Positions 14,966 through 24,668 are shown, counted from the first letter of the stretch. The stretch is 33,494 bases of DNA from a virus (IMGVR_UViG_3300025389_000060:1-33494), one strand, 5' to 3'. Numbers and translations: made by a program. Notes: generated by a model from the sequence alone, not told the origin.

Positions 14966-15431
14966 TGTTGGCCTCCGCTCTGGCAGCAGACATACGTTCA
15001 CGTTCATGATCTGGCTCTAATGTTGGGGGGTAATTAGGCGCAGGGGGTGGCGTCCAGCTTGGAGTCATCATCACGACAGGAGCAGGTGGCGGGGCAGGTG
15101 GAGGTGTATATGCAGCCGTGTTGTTCTTGGCTGCTGTAATCATGTTAGACGCCTCTGTGGTGATGCCCTTTGTCAGGATGCCGCCTATACCGCCAACAAT
15201 CAGCAAAACAATGTCGTTCAGCATCTTTGTATAGGCTTGGTCTATAGGAGCCATAGCCTTCATAGGCTGCGTCACGAACGTAACGCTGTAGAGCAGCGCA
15301 ATCGTGATGAAACCAAAGATCAACGTCACCATGATGATGACAAACGCCCGTACACGGGTGTCTATCTCATCGGCAGTTAGTCGCTGCTGATCCGGATGGC
15401 GGGTTAGAAGGGCTAGGAGGATTTCCTTCAA
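14958..15431 (-). CDS. Two-TM membrane protein with Pro-rich tail (holin candidate)
   Basis: TM helices FVIIMVTLIFGFITIALLY and DIVLLIVGGIGGIL; lies in the lysis cassette. Confidence 0.6.
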   Translation of the reverse strand: MKEILLALLTRHPDQQRLTADEIDTRVRAFVIIMVTLIFGFITIALLYSVTFVTQPMKAMAPIDQAYTKMLNDIVLLIVGGIGGILTKGITTEASNMITAAKNNTAAYTPPPAPPPAPVVMMTPSWTPPPAPNYPPTLEPDHERERMSAARAEANNV

Positions 15432-15606
15432 GTTTCTTCTCCAGAATAGGGGCTATCAAATAGTCAGGACAGGTTTGAGCAAACTCACAAGCAGGTTTCT
15501 TACACTGCTCGTCCCCGAAATGTTTGGGATCCTGGCAATGGTAGCGATATTGGTCGCCACACCCACTAATTGCGATGGTGAACAGGATGGCTAGTCTTTT
15601 TAGCAT
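15367..15606 (-). CDS. Cys-rich lipoprotein
   Basis: MLKRLAILFTIAISG-C lipobox, then YRYHCQDP...CKKPAC...CP. Confidence 0.75.
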   Translation of the reverse strand: MLKRLAILFTIAISGCGDQYRYHCQDPKHFGDEQCKKPACEFAQTCPDYLIAPILEKKLEGNPPSPSNPPSGSAATNCR

Positions 15607-16072
15607 AGTCAACACTATCCTCAATAAACATGTAGCCTACATAGCCCAGCACAAGAACAAGAACAATTACAAGAGCCACAATCATGAACTCTTCTTGCTC
15701 TTCCTTTTGTTTCTTAGCTCTGTCTTTAGCAGCTTGCTCAGCGTACTTGTCGGCCTTGTCCATCTGACCAGCACGCTCTTTAATCTTGTTCCAGACATCC
15801 ACCTTGCCAGCCTGCATGAATAGCATCTGGAGTTCTGCCTCAAACTGCTTAGTCTGCTCCAGCGCCATCTCAATCTGGATGGCTGTGCCCATGTTGGAGG
15901 CTTTGCCGGAGTCTTTAGCTTCTTTGACCGCTTGGACTGCGTTTGTCTTAGCGTCGAAATACTTGCCCAGAACAGGGCCGAGAGATCCTACGTCGTCAAC
16001 CGTCTGGCTGACTTTCTTAACCAGCTTAACAGCCGACTGGATCGCTGCTAGGGCGGTTAGGGGATCAATCAT
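15566..16072 (-). CDS. Coiled-coil protein with C-terminal TM anchor
   Basis: MIDPLTALAAI...; TM FMIVALVIVLVLVLGYVGYMFI. Confidence 0.75.
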   Translation of the reverse strand: MIDPLTALAAIQSAVKLVKKVSQTVDDVGSLGPVLGKYFDAKTNAVQAVKEAKDSGKASNMGTAIQIEMALEQTKQFEAELQMLFMQAGKVDVWNKIKERAGQMDKADKYAEQAAKDRAKKQKEEQEEFMIVALVIVLVLVLGYVGYMFIEDSVDYAKKTSHPVHHRN

Positions 16073-16073
16073 G

Positions 16074-16283
16074 TTACCCCCGATTAAACAGACTGTGAGC
16101 TATAGAGCCAACAATACCAGATAAACCAGAAGCGATAGCCATACCCACCCAGAACCCACCTTTAGACTTGTTAGCCATTTCAAGGAGCTGCTTAACGTCA
16201 GCTTGCATGGCAGATACTTGGGTTTCAAGTGTGTCTACCTTTGCAATGATCTGACCATATTGGATAGGATCTATCTCTGCCAT
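16074..16283 (-). CDS. Small coiled-coil plus TM protein (holin/antiholin-like)
   Basis: IDPIQYG...LLEMANKSKGGFWVGMAIAS. Confidence 0.7.
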   Translation of the reverse strand: MAEIDPIQYGQIIAKVDTLETQVSAMQADVKQLLEMANKSKGGFWVGMAIASGLSGIVGSIAHSLFNRG

Positions 16284-16631
16284 TTACATACCTTCACCTG
16301 GGCAGACGTAGACAGCAGGTGTTCCAGCAGAGCCAATAACACGCACGTAAACCGTTTGTGTGGGGCTGGTCTGCAAAGAGCTAATCACCTGATAGCCAAA
16401 CGCAGGAACAGGGTAAACCGCAGTACCAGCAGCGTTAGGCACAGCAGCGTTAGCAGTAGCAGACGTTGAAATAGAGACAAAAGCCGTGTTAACGGTGTCG
16501 CTGTTAATCAACGAGTATTGCTGGCAAGGAGAATTGGCAGCAATAGCAACTGCGTTTGATTGAGTACCTGCTGTGGCTTGTTGCACCAAGTAGGTGTTGC
16601 CCATAGGCTGGAAAGCTGCATTAAGTGCCAT
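16284..16631 (-). CDS. Putative beta-rich structural protein
   Basis: 115 aa; A/S/T/V-rich; ends PGEGM. Confidence 0.7.
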   Translation of the reverse strand: MALNAAFQPMGNTYLVQQATAGTQSNAVAIAANSPCQQYSLINSDTVNTAFVSISTSATANAAVPNAAGTAVYPVPAFGYQVISSLQTSPTQTVYVRVIGSAGTPAVYVCPGEGM

Positions 16632-16903
16632 CAGTAAACTCCTCTTCCACCACCACGGGTAGGACTCTTCTTCGTGTTGAGCGGCTCATTACCGGAGAAA
16701 TCAAACACAGAGCGATAGCCACCTTTAGGCAGCATACCTGGTTGCCAGCTCACCTGACCTGGGGAGCCATCACGGGGCAACTGAGGACGCACAGACTTAG
16801 CAATCTGCTGGTTCTGCTCGTGAGGACGTTGATGGTCAGAGTTACGCATATGGTTGTTTTCATATGCGTCGCTAGGGCTATACGGATTGATTTTGTTGCT
16901 CAC
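16631..16903 (-). CDS. Hypothetical protein
   Basis: AAGGAG RBS; 90 aa; coupled to the downstream gene. Confidence 0.65.
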   Translation of the reverse strand: MSNKINPYSPSDAYENNHMRNSDHQRPHEQNQQIAKSVRPQLPRDGSPGQVSWQPGMLPKGGYRSVFDFSGNEPLNTKKSPTRGGGRGVY

Positions 16904-17099
16904 TTGGTTTCTCCTTCGCTCGTCCGAGAGCGTAACCGAAAATTGTGAAAATTACTAGCGTTACCACTCGCTCCCACTCCGGCCCTGACATCGCCCAGCA
17001 AGCTAGGCCGCAACCCATAAGTAGCGTCAGAATAGTAATCAAGCGATCTGATATGACCTCTAACGCTAGGCGAATAGTCTTCAGAATAGATGCGTCCAT
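16878..17099 (-). CDS. Small two-TM protein (holin candidate)
   Basis: TAACTTTTAAAGAGGG leader; LITILTLLMGCGLACWAM and VVTLVIFTIFGYAL. Confidence 0.7.
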   Translation of the reverse strand: MDASILKTIRLALEVISDRLITILTLLMGCGLACWAMSGPEWERVVTLVIFTIFGYALGRAKEKPSEQQNQSV

Positions 17100-17134
17100 A
17101 TGTACCCTCTTTAAAAGTTAAGGGGTTCATGGTA

Positions 17135-17353
17135 TCACTTATCGTCTTCATCGTCATCTAGTCCCATAAAGCCAGCACCCCACTCATCGTCCTGCATCTT
17201 GAGCTTGAGTTGCTCCAGCTTCAGGGCGCGGTCAAGAATCTTTGTCTTGTCCGTCAAAGACGCTTCAGGATCATTCATCGTCTGAGTCAGCAAGGTAGCG
17301 ATAGCGTCCTCCAGCTCAGAGCTTATGCCTTTGTCTTTAGGTTTCTTAGCCAT
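17135..17353 (-). CDS. Hypothetical protein with acidic C-terminus
   Basis: AGGA RBS before MAKKPKDK; ends DDDEDDK. Confidence 0.7.
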   Translation of the reverse strand: MAKKPKDKGISSELEDAIATLLTQTMNDPEASLTDKTKILDRALKLEQLKLKMQDDEWGAGFMGLDDDEDDK

Positions 17354-17354
17354 G

Positions 17355-18713
17355 TTATTCCTGTGACTCTCGTTGAGTAGCTTTAACTGTGGGAGGCAAA
17401 AGTGTTTGAGCTGTAGCCGCACGATCTGCTAATCTGCTTCTTAGTCGGGGCTGCATAACCGTACCAAGAGCTTTAGCAAGAGGATTCTCCGTCAACGTGC
17501 CCATAACTGCTTTGTAGCCAGTTTGAGGGACGTTAATCTTGGCCTTCATAATGTCGCCATACTCAGCCAAATTCTCAAACAGAGGATTGCGTTTAGCTGT
17601 GCCGCCGGTGCGTCTTGTTATCTCGTCCAGCAAACCTTTAGGGTTTAACTGCCCAGCAGAAGTAACTCCAGCATTACCGCCTAACTGGTTGGCATCTTTA
17701 ATACTTGCGTAGGCGTTGTACTTCTTCCGCCAGTCAGCGTACTTTGTTGCCAAGTCTTTAGGAAGGTTTGTTTGAGCCAAGTCTTCAAGAGCGTCCTTAA
17801 GGTCGTGCAGCATCCCAGCTTGAGGGCCTTTAGCTGTGCTCAAAGCGGCATTGACTTGGGTAATTGCACTTCTCAAGTCTTCAGCTTTGAATTGAGGGCT
17901 AACTAATGAACCGCCAGTACGTTGCCCCGCAATGTTCTTTTCAAGGATAGTCTTAGCAACATTACCTTGTTCACCAAAAGCACCTTCCATCTTGTTAGCA
18001 AGGTCAGTAATCTTTTGTTGAAACTGAGGTGTAGCGTTGAAGGTCTTGCCAGCAAAAATGTTCTTTACTTCTGTGCCAAGCTCATCGCCAGTTTTTTCAA
18101 TCCAATCAGCGTTGACATTTTTAGTCTTAGATCCAGCTCTAGAGGTCGCTTCTTCAGTGAACTTGTTTAAGTTTCTGAGGCTGCTTTGAGGCGTGTCTCC
18201 AGCGCCATACTTCATCCCCTGCTCAGCTCTAGCGCCAGGGCCAATCTCATAAACCTTGCTGGCTTTCTTGGCTAAGTCTTCTAAAGGCTTTTGAATGTAG
18301 CCCATAGTCCTACCGGCAATATCTCTGCCAAGTTGAGGTATACCGCCGCCAACCAACTCAGCAACACCCTGATAAGACTTAGGCAAACCAATCTCTTCAG
18401 CGGCTTGTCCTAGTCCAGTAGCACCGACAAATCCAAGAGCAGCAGGAACAGCTCCAACACCAGTTGCACCAGCAGCCAAAGCATAAGGCAAGTTGGTAGC
18501 TGCGCGTTTGGTAAGTCTTTCGGTAAATGTTGTTGGCTGAGGTAAATTTGCCTTTTCAGCGGCCCTCTCTCCAACAAAAGGAACCGCCTCTAAAACACCT
18601 CGTCCAACTTGTTGAGCTGCGCCTTTAAAACCGCCAGCAGAAGTTGCAGGAGGAGTTATCTTGACCTCTCCGTCTTGAGAGTCTGGAGCAATAATTTTTA
18701 CTTCATCATCCAT
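17355..18713 (-). CDS. Putative internal virion/DNA ejection protein
   Basis: 452 aa, A/G-rich and helical with a hydrophobic segment; lies after the tail genes, as P22 gp7/gp20/gp16 and T7 gp14-16 do. Confidence 0.55.
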   Translation of the reverse strand: MDDEVKIIAPDSQDGEVKITPPATSAGGFKGAAQQVGRGVLEAVPFVGERAAEKANLPQPTTFTERLTKRAATNLPYALAAGATGVGAVPAALGFVGATGLGQAAEEIGLPKSYQGVAELVGGGIPQLGRDIAGRTMGYIQKPLEDLAKKASKVYEIGPGARAEQGMKYGAGDTPQSSLRNLNKFTEEATSRAGSKTKNVNADWIEKTGDELGTEVKNIFAGKTFNATPQFQQKITDLANKMEGAFGEQGNVAKTILEKNIAGQRTGGSLVSPQFKAEDLRSAITQVNAALSTAKGPQAGMLHDLKDALEDLAQTNLPKDLATKYADWRKKYNAYASIKDANQLGGNAGVTSAGQLNPKGLLDEITRRTGGTAKRNPLFENLAEYGDIMKAKINVPQTGYKAVMGTLTENPLAKALGTVMQPRLRSRLADRAATAQTLLPPTVKATQRESQE

Positions 18714-20302
18714 TATTTGCCCCCAACCTCGGAGATAACGCCGCCGTTGATAATGTAAATCTTGCCACCAAACTCAGCCTTGTGACCATCACTGAGACCA
18801 CCCAGAGCTTTTTGAACCTTGTCAGGAACAGTGCTCTGAGGAGAACGCTCTTTTATGTAGTCGTCAATACTCTTGGCTTCAGAGAACGGGAACTTCTCAG
18901 GGACGTTTGATCTCTCAATGTTGAGAAAGTAAGGACGAAGGTTTCTGTTGTTTTCATCAGCACGTTCACGAACAACTGTGAGCAGCGTCTTAGGACGAGA
19001 AGCCTGATCGTAGAAGTTTTGAAACTGGCGATCAAGATAAACTGAGCCACGCTGACCAGCACTTTGAGCATCTGACAAAGCCAAGCTAAACAACCGCTTA
19101 GAAAGGACTTTTGCCTTTTCAGCAGCGTCAGCGCTAATGGTTTTGCTTTGCACAGCCTTGTCAATACCTTGCTCGACAAGTGCTGCTTTTTGATTTGCGG
19201 CTTGAGTCTCGTCAGGGTTCTGGATGCTCTTAATTGCGTCCATCTTGACGATGTTGCGGATAGCAGCCAAAGCGCCAACAGCATCGGGATTACGTGCAAT
19301 GTAGTCAGCAACTTGCTCAGACTCTTGAATTGCTCGGTAAGAACCCATGATGCGTTTCTTATCATCTGTGGAAGCTCCCACCAAACGCTGAGCAGTGCCT
19401 TCAGGATAGTCCTCAGCAATACCCCTCAGAGCTGGGCCAATAGCCTGCAATGCTTTTTCATCTCGTCTTAAAGGCGCTTCATCCAGTCGTCTTTGCTGGA
19501 GGCCTTCTTCAAACAAGTTGTGTCGTCTTGTTTCTTGATGAGTGCGCTCAGTTTCTCTCCGACGCTCTTCAGCATCTTGCAACTTCTGCTCAGCCGCTTT
19601 AGCTTTCTCCAGCATACTTACGGTATCTCTTATCTGATCGTAAGCATAAGCAGGGCCAAACTTCTCTAGCGAATCCTGAATAAAACGTGCGTTGTGCTCA
19701 GCGATAGCCATCCGAGCCTTTGCCATGCCTTCTTCTCGGTCATTGGCATACGTCTTCATGGCGTCTTCGTACTGAGTCTTCAGGCTCTGAATGGTCTTAT
19801 CCAGCGTTTTAAAGTTCTCGTCAAACTTGTCTTTTTCTTGTTTGTAAATGTCCTGGCGACCTTTTTGGTGGCCTTCAAGCATCCCATTCATGGCAGACAT
19901 AGCAGCCTGAGCATTACCCTTGCTCTTGCCACCGATAGCAAAACCAAGAATGTTAGTCAGGGTGAACAAGAGGCCCAGATCGCCAGCAGTTTCTTGTGTA
20001 GGCACAAACTTGGTATCAGCTTGCTCTTTCACCTTTTCACGGTACTCAGCACGGAAAGGATCTGTCTCTACAGCCTTTTTAAATGCCTCACGACCTTGTA
20101 CGTCAGCCTCTGACAGCATCCTTGTTTGCTCAGCCTTCTCACCAGCTTGCGCTTGCTGCAACATACCCTTGCTCGTTCCTGCTTCAGTTAACTTCTGACG
20201 AGCAGACTGAAGCTGGTCATCAGTAGTCAACTTAGGAGTAGGCTCACGCATAGCCTTGGTAGCAGGGTCAGAATAGAACCCAGTTAAAGAGGTATCCATC
20301 AA
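18713..20302 (-). CDS. Putative internal virion/DNA ejection protein
   Basis: 529-aa coiled coil with one hydrophobic helix (LGLLFTLTNILGFAIGG). Confidence 0.55.
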   Translation of the reverse strand: MMDTSLTGFYSDPATKAMREPTPKLTTDDQLQSARQKLTEAGTSKGMLQQAQAGEKAEQTRMLSEADVQGREAFKKAVETDPFRAEYREKVKEQADTKFVPTQETAGDLGLLFTLTNILGFAIGGKSKGNAQAAMSAMNGMLEGHQKGRQDIYKQEKDKFDENFKTLDKTIQSLKTQYEDAMKTYANDREEGMAKARMAIAEHNARFIQDSLEKFGPAYAYDQIRDTVSMLEKAKAAEQKLQDAEERRRETERTHQETRRHNLFEEGLQQRRLDEAPLRRDEKALQAIGPALRGIAEDYPEGTAQRLVGASTDDKKRIMGSYRAIQESEQVADYIARNPDAVGALAAIRNIVKMDAIKSIQNPDETQAANQKAALVEQGIDKAVQSKTISADAAEKAKVLSKRLFSLALSDAQSAGQRGSVYLDRQFQNFYDQASRPKTLLTVVRERADENNRNLRPYFLNIERSNVPEKFPFSEAKSIDDYIKERSPQSTVPDKVQKALGGLSDGHKAEFGGKIYIINGGVISEVGGK

Positions 20303-21369
20303 GCAGTTCCTCCTGTCGTACCGCCACCAGGTGTGCCGTACACAGTTCTAGCGATATTTTGTGCATAACTGGCAGTGAGCTGGTTAACATACTGGTCAGC
20401 TTGAACACCAGCTTGAATAGCACCTTGAGCAATCTTGTCGCCAATCTGCTGTAATTGCAAGCCCATATTCATCTGTTGCTGCAACAAGTTGTTGGTCAGT
20501 TGAGCAATCTGTGTTTGCATTTGTGCAGCACCCACACCACCGCTAGCCTGCACTTGCTGAGCCATCTGAGCTTGTGCCGCTTGAAGAGCTTGCTGGTTAG
20601 CAGGGGTCAACGTACCTGATGCAGCCTGAGCTTGCAACTGTTGACCTTGTTGTTGGTAAGGCGCAGCCTGTGCCATTAACTCTTGTTTGGTTTGTTGGCC
20701 TTGTGCTTGTGCTCTACGAGCTTGAGAAGCGCCCAACAGAGCTTGCAAGCCACCACCAATGCCTTTGCCTAAAGCATCTGAACTAATACCCAGAGCCTTA
20801 GCTGCGTCACCAAACAATCCAGTTTTCTGTGCAACTTGCTGGTCTTTAGTTACTGGAGGTTGTTGAGAAGTAACATCAGGAGTAGAAGCAACATCGCCTG
20901 TTGGCGTGGCTGCTGCTGGGCCATAAGCAGCGTTCTCAGCAGAAATCTCTTGTTGACGGAAACTTTGCTGACCAGGCAGACCGGTTGAAGGGGCGTTCAA
21001 ATAAGCGTTAGCCGCATCAAAACCACCAGATGGTTGAGCGGCAGGGGCTTCTGGTGCAGAGACAGGAGCATTACTTACACCGCCGCCAGCTTGGACATTG
21101 GTAACAGGCTCAGAACTTATAGGAGTAGGGGAAGGCTCACCTGTTGCTATGTTAGTAGGCTGAAGGTCAAACCCTTCTGTATCGTCGTAGCTTTTAATTC
21201 CGGTGTCTTCCACCTCTTTGCCGCTACCGCCGTGCCGCTTTAGGAGCGCAGCCTCTCTGTCGTTGATAAACGCCAGTTTCTCTCCCGGAGGAGCTTTCTT
21301 CTGTAACAGGGCCGCTAGCTTTTTAGCACTGCTGCCGATTCCGGTGATGCTGCTGAGATGTGTTGCCAT
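20299..21369 (-). CDS. Putative pilot/ejection protein, Gln-rich
   Basis: LAFINDREAALLKRHGGSG...TGIKSY N-terminal motif; Q/A-rich C-terminal half. Confidence 0.55.
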   Translation of the reverse strand: MATHLSSITGIGSSAKKLAALLQKKAPPGEKLAFINDREAALLKRHGGSGKEVEDTGIKSYDDTEGFDLQPTNIATGEPSPTPISSEPVTNVQAGGGVSNAPVSAPEAPAAQPSGGFDAANAYLNAPSTGLPGQQSFRQQEISAENAAYGPAAATPTGDVASTPDVTSQQPPVTKDQQVAQKTGLFGDAAKALGISSDALGKGIGGGLQALLGASQARRAQAQGQQTKQELMAQAAPYQQQGQQLQAQAASGTLTPANQQALQAAQAQMAQQVQASGGVGAAQMQTQIAQLTNNLLQQQMNMGLQLQQIGDKIAQGAIQAGVQADQYVNQLTASYAQNIARTVYGTPGGGTTGGTA

Positions 21370-23636
21370 TATTCCAATCCTAGAGCGTCACGCAGACGCA
21401 AAGATGACTCATTCCATACGTTTCTACGGGGTTTACCAGTCTCTAGTGATTGTATTTCACCGCCTTCACCGCCGCTTGTCAACCCTTGTGTTGTACCCGT
21501 TGTTATCTGTGGAGCCACCCCTAAAGCCCGAGCTAACGAGGATGTCTTGCTAGGCCCAGCCGTGATTGACAGCGGGATGTTCGACAATTCTGGCGCTTGT
21601 ACGTTGGCAACCTGACTGGAATCCACCGTTTCTGGGATAAACGTGTCAGTAACGTCAACAGTTGGTATTTCTTTTGTGTCCGTCACCGTGACATTACCCA
21701 TATCCGTTGTGGTCGGTCTAGGAGCAACAACGTCAATATTGCCGTAGTTCTTGATGGCTGTATCAGCGGTTGGAATCTCACGTTGGCCCACAACGTCTAC
21801 AGTTCCATAGCTTGTTGGTATCTCACGCTGACCTACAACATCCACATTACCGTAGTTTTGCACAGCGGTGTTTGACGTAGGAATGTCTTTTTGTCCGGTT
21901 ACAACAACAGTGCCAGCATCAGGAACAGAAGTTGGCCCTGCACCCGTTACAGCAGCATTAGACGTAGGAATATCACGCTGACCGACAACTTCTACTGTCC
22001 CAGCACTGGGCGCAGATGATCCACTTGTGCCTGTAACAGCAGTTGGCACATCACGTTGTCCAACAACATTTACAGTGCCAGCACTCGGAGTAGCATTACC
22101 AGCGCCTATCAAATCAATAATGGCCTGATCTTTAGCCGGAATGTTTCCAGAGTCTACGACCTCAACATTTTGCAAAGGTGCAGCAGGGCCGGTGATTGCT
22201 GTTTTTTCTGGGGCGACAATAGGCCCAGCAGCTACACCCGTGGTTGACGTAGTAGCGTTTGCCGGAGATACGACAGGAATATCTTTCTTGTCTGTCACCG
22301 TCACGGTATCTGCCGGAGTTGTGCCGCTAGTTGTGGTTGTAGGCGTGGTTGTCGTTGTTACAGGGACAACATTGTCAGAAGCGCCAGTTACCGTCACGTT
22401 GGCAGCAGGCGTCGTGGTAGATGCAGCGTTATTCAACCCAAGTTGATTTATAAGCGCAGCAGTATTGTTTGTTGTAGCTACATTTGTGTCTTTAGCCCCC
22501 GTAACAGTGACGTTAGGCTGTGTAGTCGATGTTGTTGTAGGTATGCTGTCAGTCGTGCCAGCCACATTAACTGTTGGCGTTGTTGTCGGTGTGGTTTCGA
22601 CAACAGCGTTAGGATCAGGCTGGCTACCTATAGATCCTGTCCTTGTATAGGGAGAAGCAGAGGCTTGAGCATCTGAAATGGGCGACTTCGCCGTGCTGTC
22701 ACCGGGCAAGATAGAGTTAAGGTTGCCGCTACCTAACTGACCAGCAAGGCTAGCAAGAGTGGCCTGTGTACTACCCGTTCCCAGTGCAGTGCCCAGAGTA
22801 GACGCTAAGGCTGTACCAAGGTTTGTTGCTTGAGTAGGTGTAACGCCTGTTAATTCTTGAATAGGAGACGGGGTAGTAACACCTGGCACATCTGTAGTGC
22901 CTTGAGTTCCCAGTGCAGCACCTGTCGCACCACCGACAGCTCCACCAGCAGCAGCCTGAGCAATCTGATTAACGTCTTTGCCTTGAGCAGCAGCAGTGAT
23001 GGCAGAACCTGTGGCACTGGTAATCGCAGAAGCAACAGCAGGGCTACCTATAGCCGCATTTAGGGCTTGCACAGCAGGCTGAGATTGTGTGTTAACAAGC
23101 AAGTTAACACCAGCGTTTTCTATAGCCTTATCTAGCGGAACGCCCTGTGCAGTTTGTACGGCAACACTGGCAGCAGCAGAACCAACTTGTGCGGCAACAG
23201 TGTCGGTTAATGTAATGCCAGCAGAAGCAGCCGCATCTGCAATCGTTCCTGCCAGAGCTTCACCGATACCAGGCAAAGCAATAGCAGCAGCTATTTGAAT
23301 TACAGGGTTAGAAGCTACATTTTTAAGGGTAGCCCCTAGTCCTCCTCCATCTGCCTTTGCTTGGTAAGTTACGGCTCCAGTAGACGGGTCAAAAGAATAG
23401 ACTTGACCATTCAGAGAGGCAGCGCCAGTTACTTGACCCTGTGCGTTGTATTGAGTGCCATCTGCGCCGCTATAACCAGTAATTTGAGGCGTACCAAAAT
23501 AAGAGCTTTGCCCGCTATAAATTGGGGTTAATGCGGCTTGAGTGTTGTATCCCATCGCGGGCTGTTGAGCCGCAGCCATTTGATCTGGCGTCAGGTTTGA
23601 TAAACCTAAGCTCTCAGCGGTTACAGTTGCCATCAA
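21369..23636 (-). CDS. 755-aa low-complexity virion-region protein with tandem TonB-box-like repeats
   Basis: A/G-rich hydrophobic N-terminal half; C-terminal half has about 13 (T/N)-V-x-V-(V/T/A)-(G/D/A) motifs on Thr/Pro linkers. Confidence 0.7.
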   Translation of the reverse strand: MMATVTAESLGLSNLTPDQMAAAQQPAMGYNTQAALTPIYSGQSSYFGTPQITGYSGADGTQYNAQGQVTGAASLNGQVYSFDPSTGAVTYQAKADGGGLGATLKNVASNPVIQIAAAIALPGIGEALAGTIADAAASAGITLTDTVAAQVGSAAASVAVQTAQGVPLDKAIENAGVNLLVNTQSQPAVQALNAAIGSPAVASAITSATGSAITAAAQGKDVNQIAQAAAGGAVGGATGAALGTQGTTDVPGVTTPSPIQELTGVTPTQATNLGTALASTLGTALGTGSTQATLASLAGQLGSGNLNSILPGDSTAKSPISDAQASASPYTRTGSIGSQPDPNAVVETTPTTTPTVNVAGTTDSIPTTTSTTQPNVTVTGAKDTNVATTNNTAALINQLGLNNAASTTTPAANVTVTGASDNVVPVTTTTTPTTTTSGTTPADTVTVTDKKDIPVVSPANATTSTTGVAAGPIVAPEKTAITGPAAPLQNVEVVDSGNIPAKDQAIIDLIGAGNATPSAGTVNVVGQRDVPTAVTGTSGSSAPSAGTVEVVGQRDIPTSNAAVTGAGPTSVPDAGTVVVTGQKDIPTSNTAVQNYGNVDVVGQREIPTSYGTVDVVGQREIPTADTAIKNYGNIDVVAPRPTTTDMGNVTVTDTKEIPTVDVTDTFIPETVDSSQVANVQAPELSNIPLSITAGPSKTSSLARALGVAPQITTGTTQGLTSGGEGGEIQSLETGKPRRNVWNESSLRLRDALGLE

Positions 23637-24649
23637 GTTACTCCTAGTGCTGCTGCTATTTGCTCGTGTATCGTCTGGTGAACGCCTATCCAGTCGTAGA
23701 AGTCGTCTTCAACATTAAAGTCTGCGTCCAACAACTGGAACGGATTATCCAGCCCCAAAATCTTAGCTACAGCCTCATGCTGCTGGTTATGTAACAACAA
23801 CCAGTCATCCAAGTTCTTAGGGTCTGCGTCGAACAAGGGGTAATCTGGGGTCGCCTGTCCTTGACGCATCATTGTTTCATAAAACACCCTGTGCTGTATA
23901 GCATTGTGGAACAAAAACTCTTGTAAACCATCTATATCACCAAACTGCACGTACGACAAGGCATCTAGGTTAATCCCTGCTGTGCCGTACCCCTGTGCTA
24001 AGTTGTCAGGCGTCTTAATGACGTTCTCAGGAACACTGACAAACATGTTCCAGGTATCGTTACCCTCTTGTAGCGGGGCATTGATACCGATAACAGAGAC
24101 AATGTTGCCTGCAAATACGTCAGCACCGTCCGTATCATTGCTGTTGATAGAGATGAGGATGCTCTCAGTGCCTGCAAAGACATCCGCACCATCGGTGTAG
24201 GTCAGCCTGCCAGCAACGGTAGGCCCACCCAAGGCTGCTAGCGTGTCTGCCCCATCTGTATAGGTGAGTGACGCAGATATAGAGCTGGTAACAACGGCAG
24301 ACAGAACATCTGCACCATCTGTGTAACTTACAGACGCACTGATAACTGGGCCAGCACGACCCGTAAACGTATCTGCACCATCCGTGTACGCTAAGACAGC
24401 AGAAGCTACAGGCGTTAGCGCACCTGAAAACGTGTCTGCCCCGTCTGTGTAGGTCAGACTGGGGGTAGGATTAGGGTTTACGTTAACTTGGACTGTGTTT
24501 GTCCAAGCAACAAGGGCTGAGCTGTTATTCGTCCACGTTACTGTGGCAGAACTGTTGTTTATCCAGCCAACAACATAGGATATAGGCTTGGTAGAGCCTA
24601 GTAGGTCTGCACCTTCAGTAACCGCAACTGAGATTGACGGGCCAGCCAT
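23633..24649 (-). CDS. Structural protein: 21-aa TDGAD repeats joined to a His-rich C-terminal domain
   Basis: Six TDGAD repeats at 21-aa period; C-terminal HNAIQH, HNQQH and HQTIH. Confidence 0.7.
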   Translation of the reverse strand: MAGPSISVAVTEGADLLGSTKPISYVVGWINNSSATVTWTNNSSALVAWTNTVQVNVNPNPTPSLTYTDGADTFSGALTPVASAVLAYTDGADTFTGRAGPVISASVSYTDGADVLSAVVTSSISASLTYTDGADTLAALGGPTVAGRLTYTDGADVFAGTESILISINSNDTDGADVFAGNIVSVIGINAPLQEGNDTWNMFVSVPENVIKTPDNLAQGYGTAGINLDALSYVQFGDIDGLQEFLFHNAIQHRVFYETMMRQGQATPDYPLFDADPKNLDDWLLLHNQQHEAVAKILGLDNPFQLLDADFNVEDDFYDWIGVHQTIHEQIAAALGVT

Positions 24650-24668
24650 CTATAGACCCGCCCTTTCA

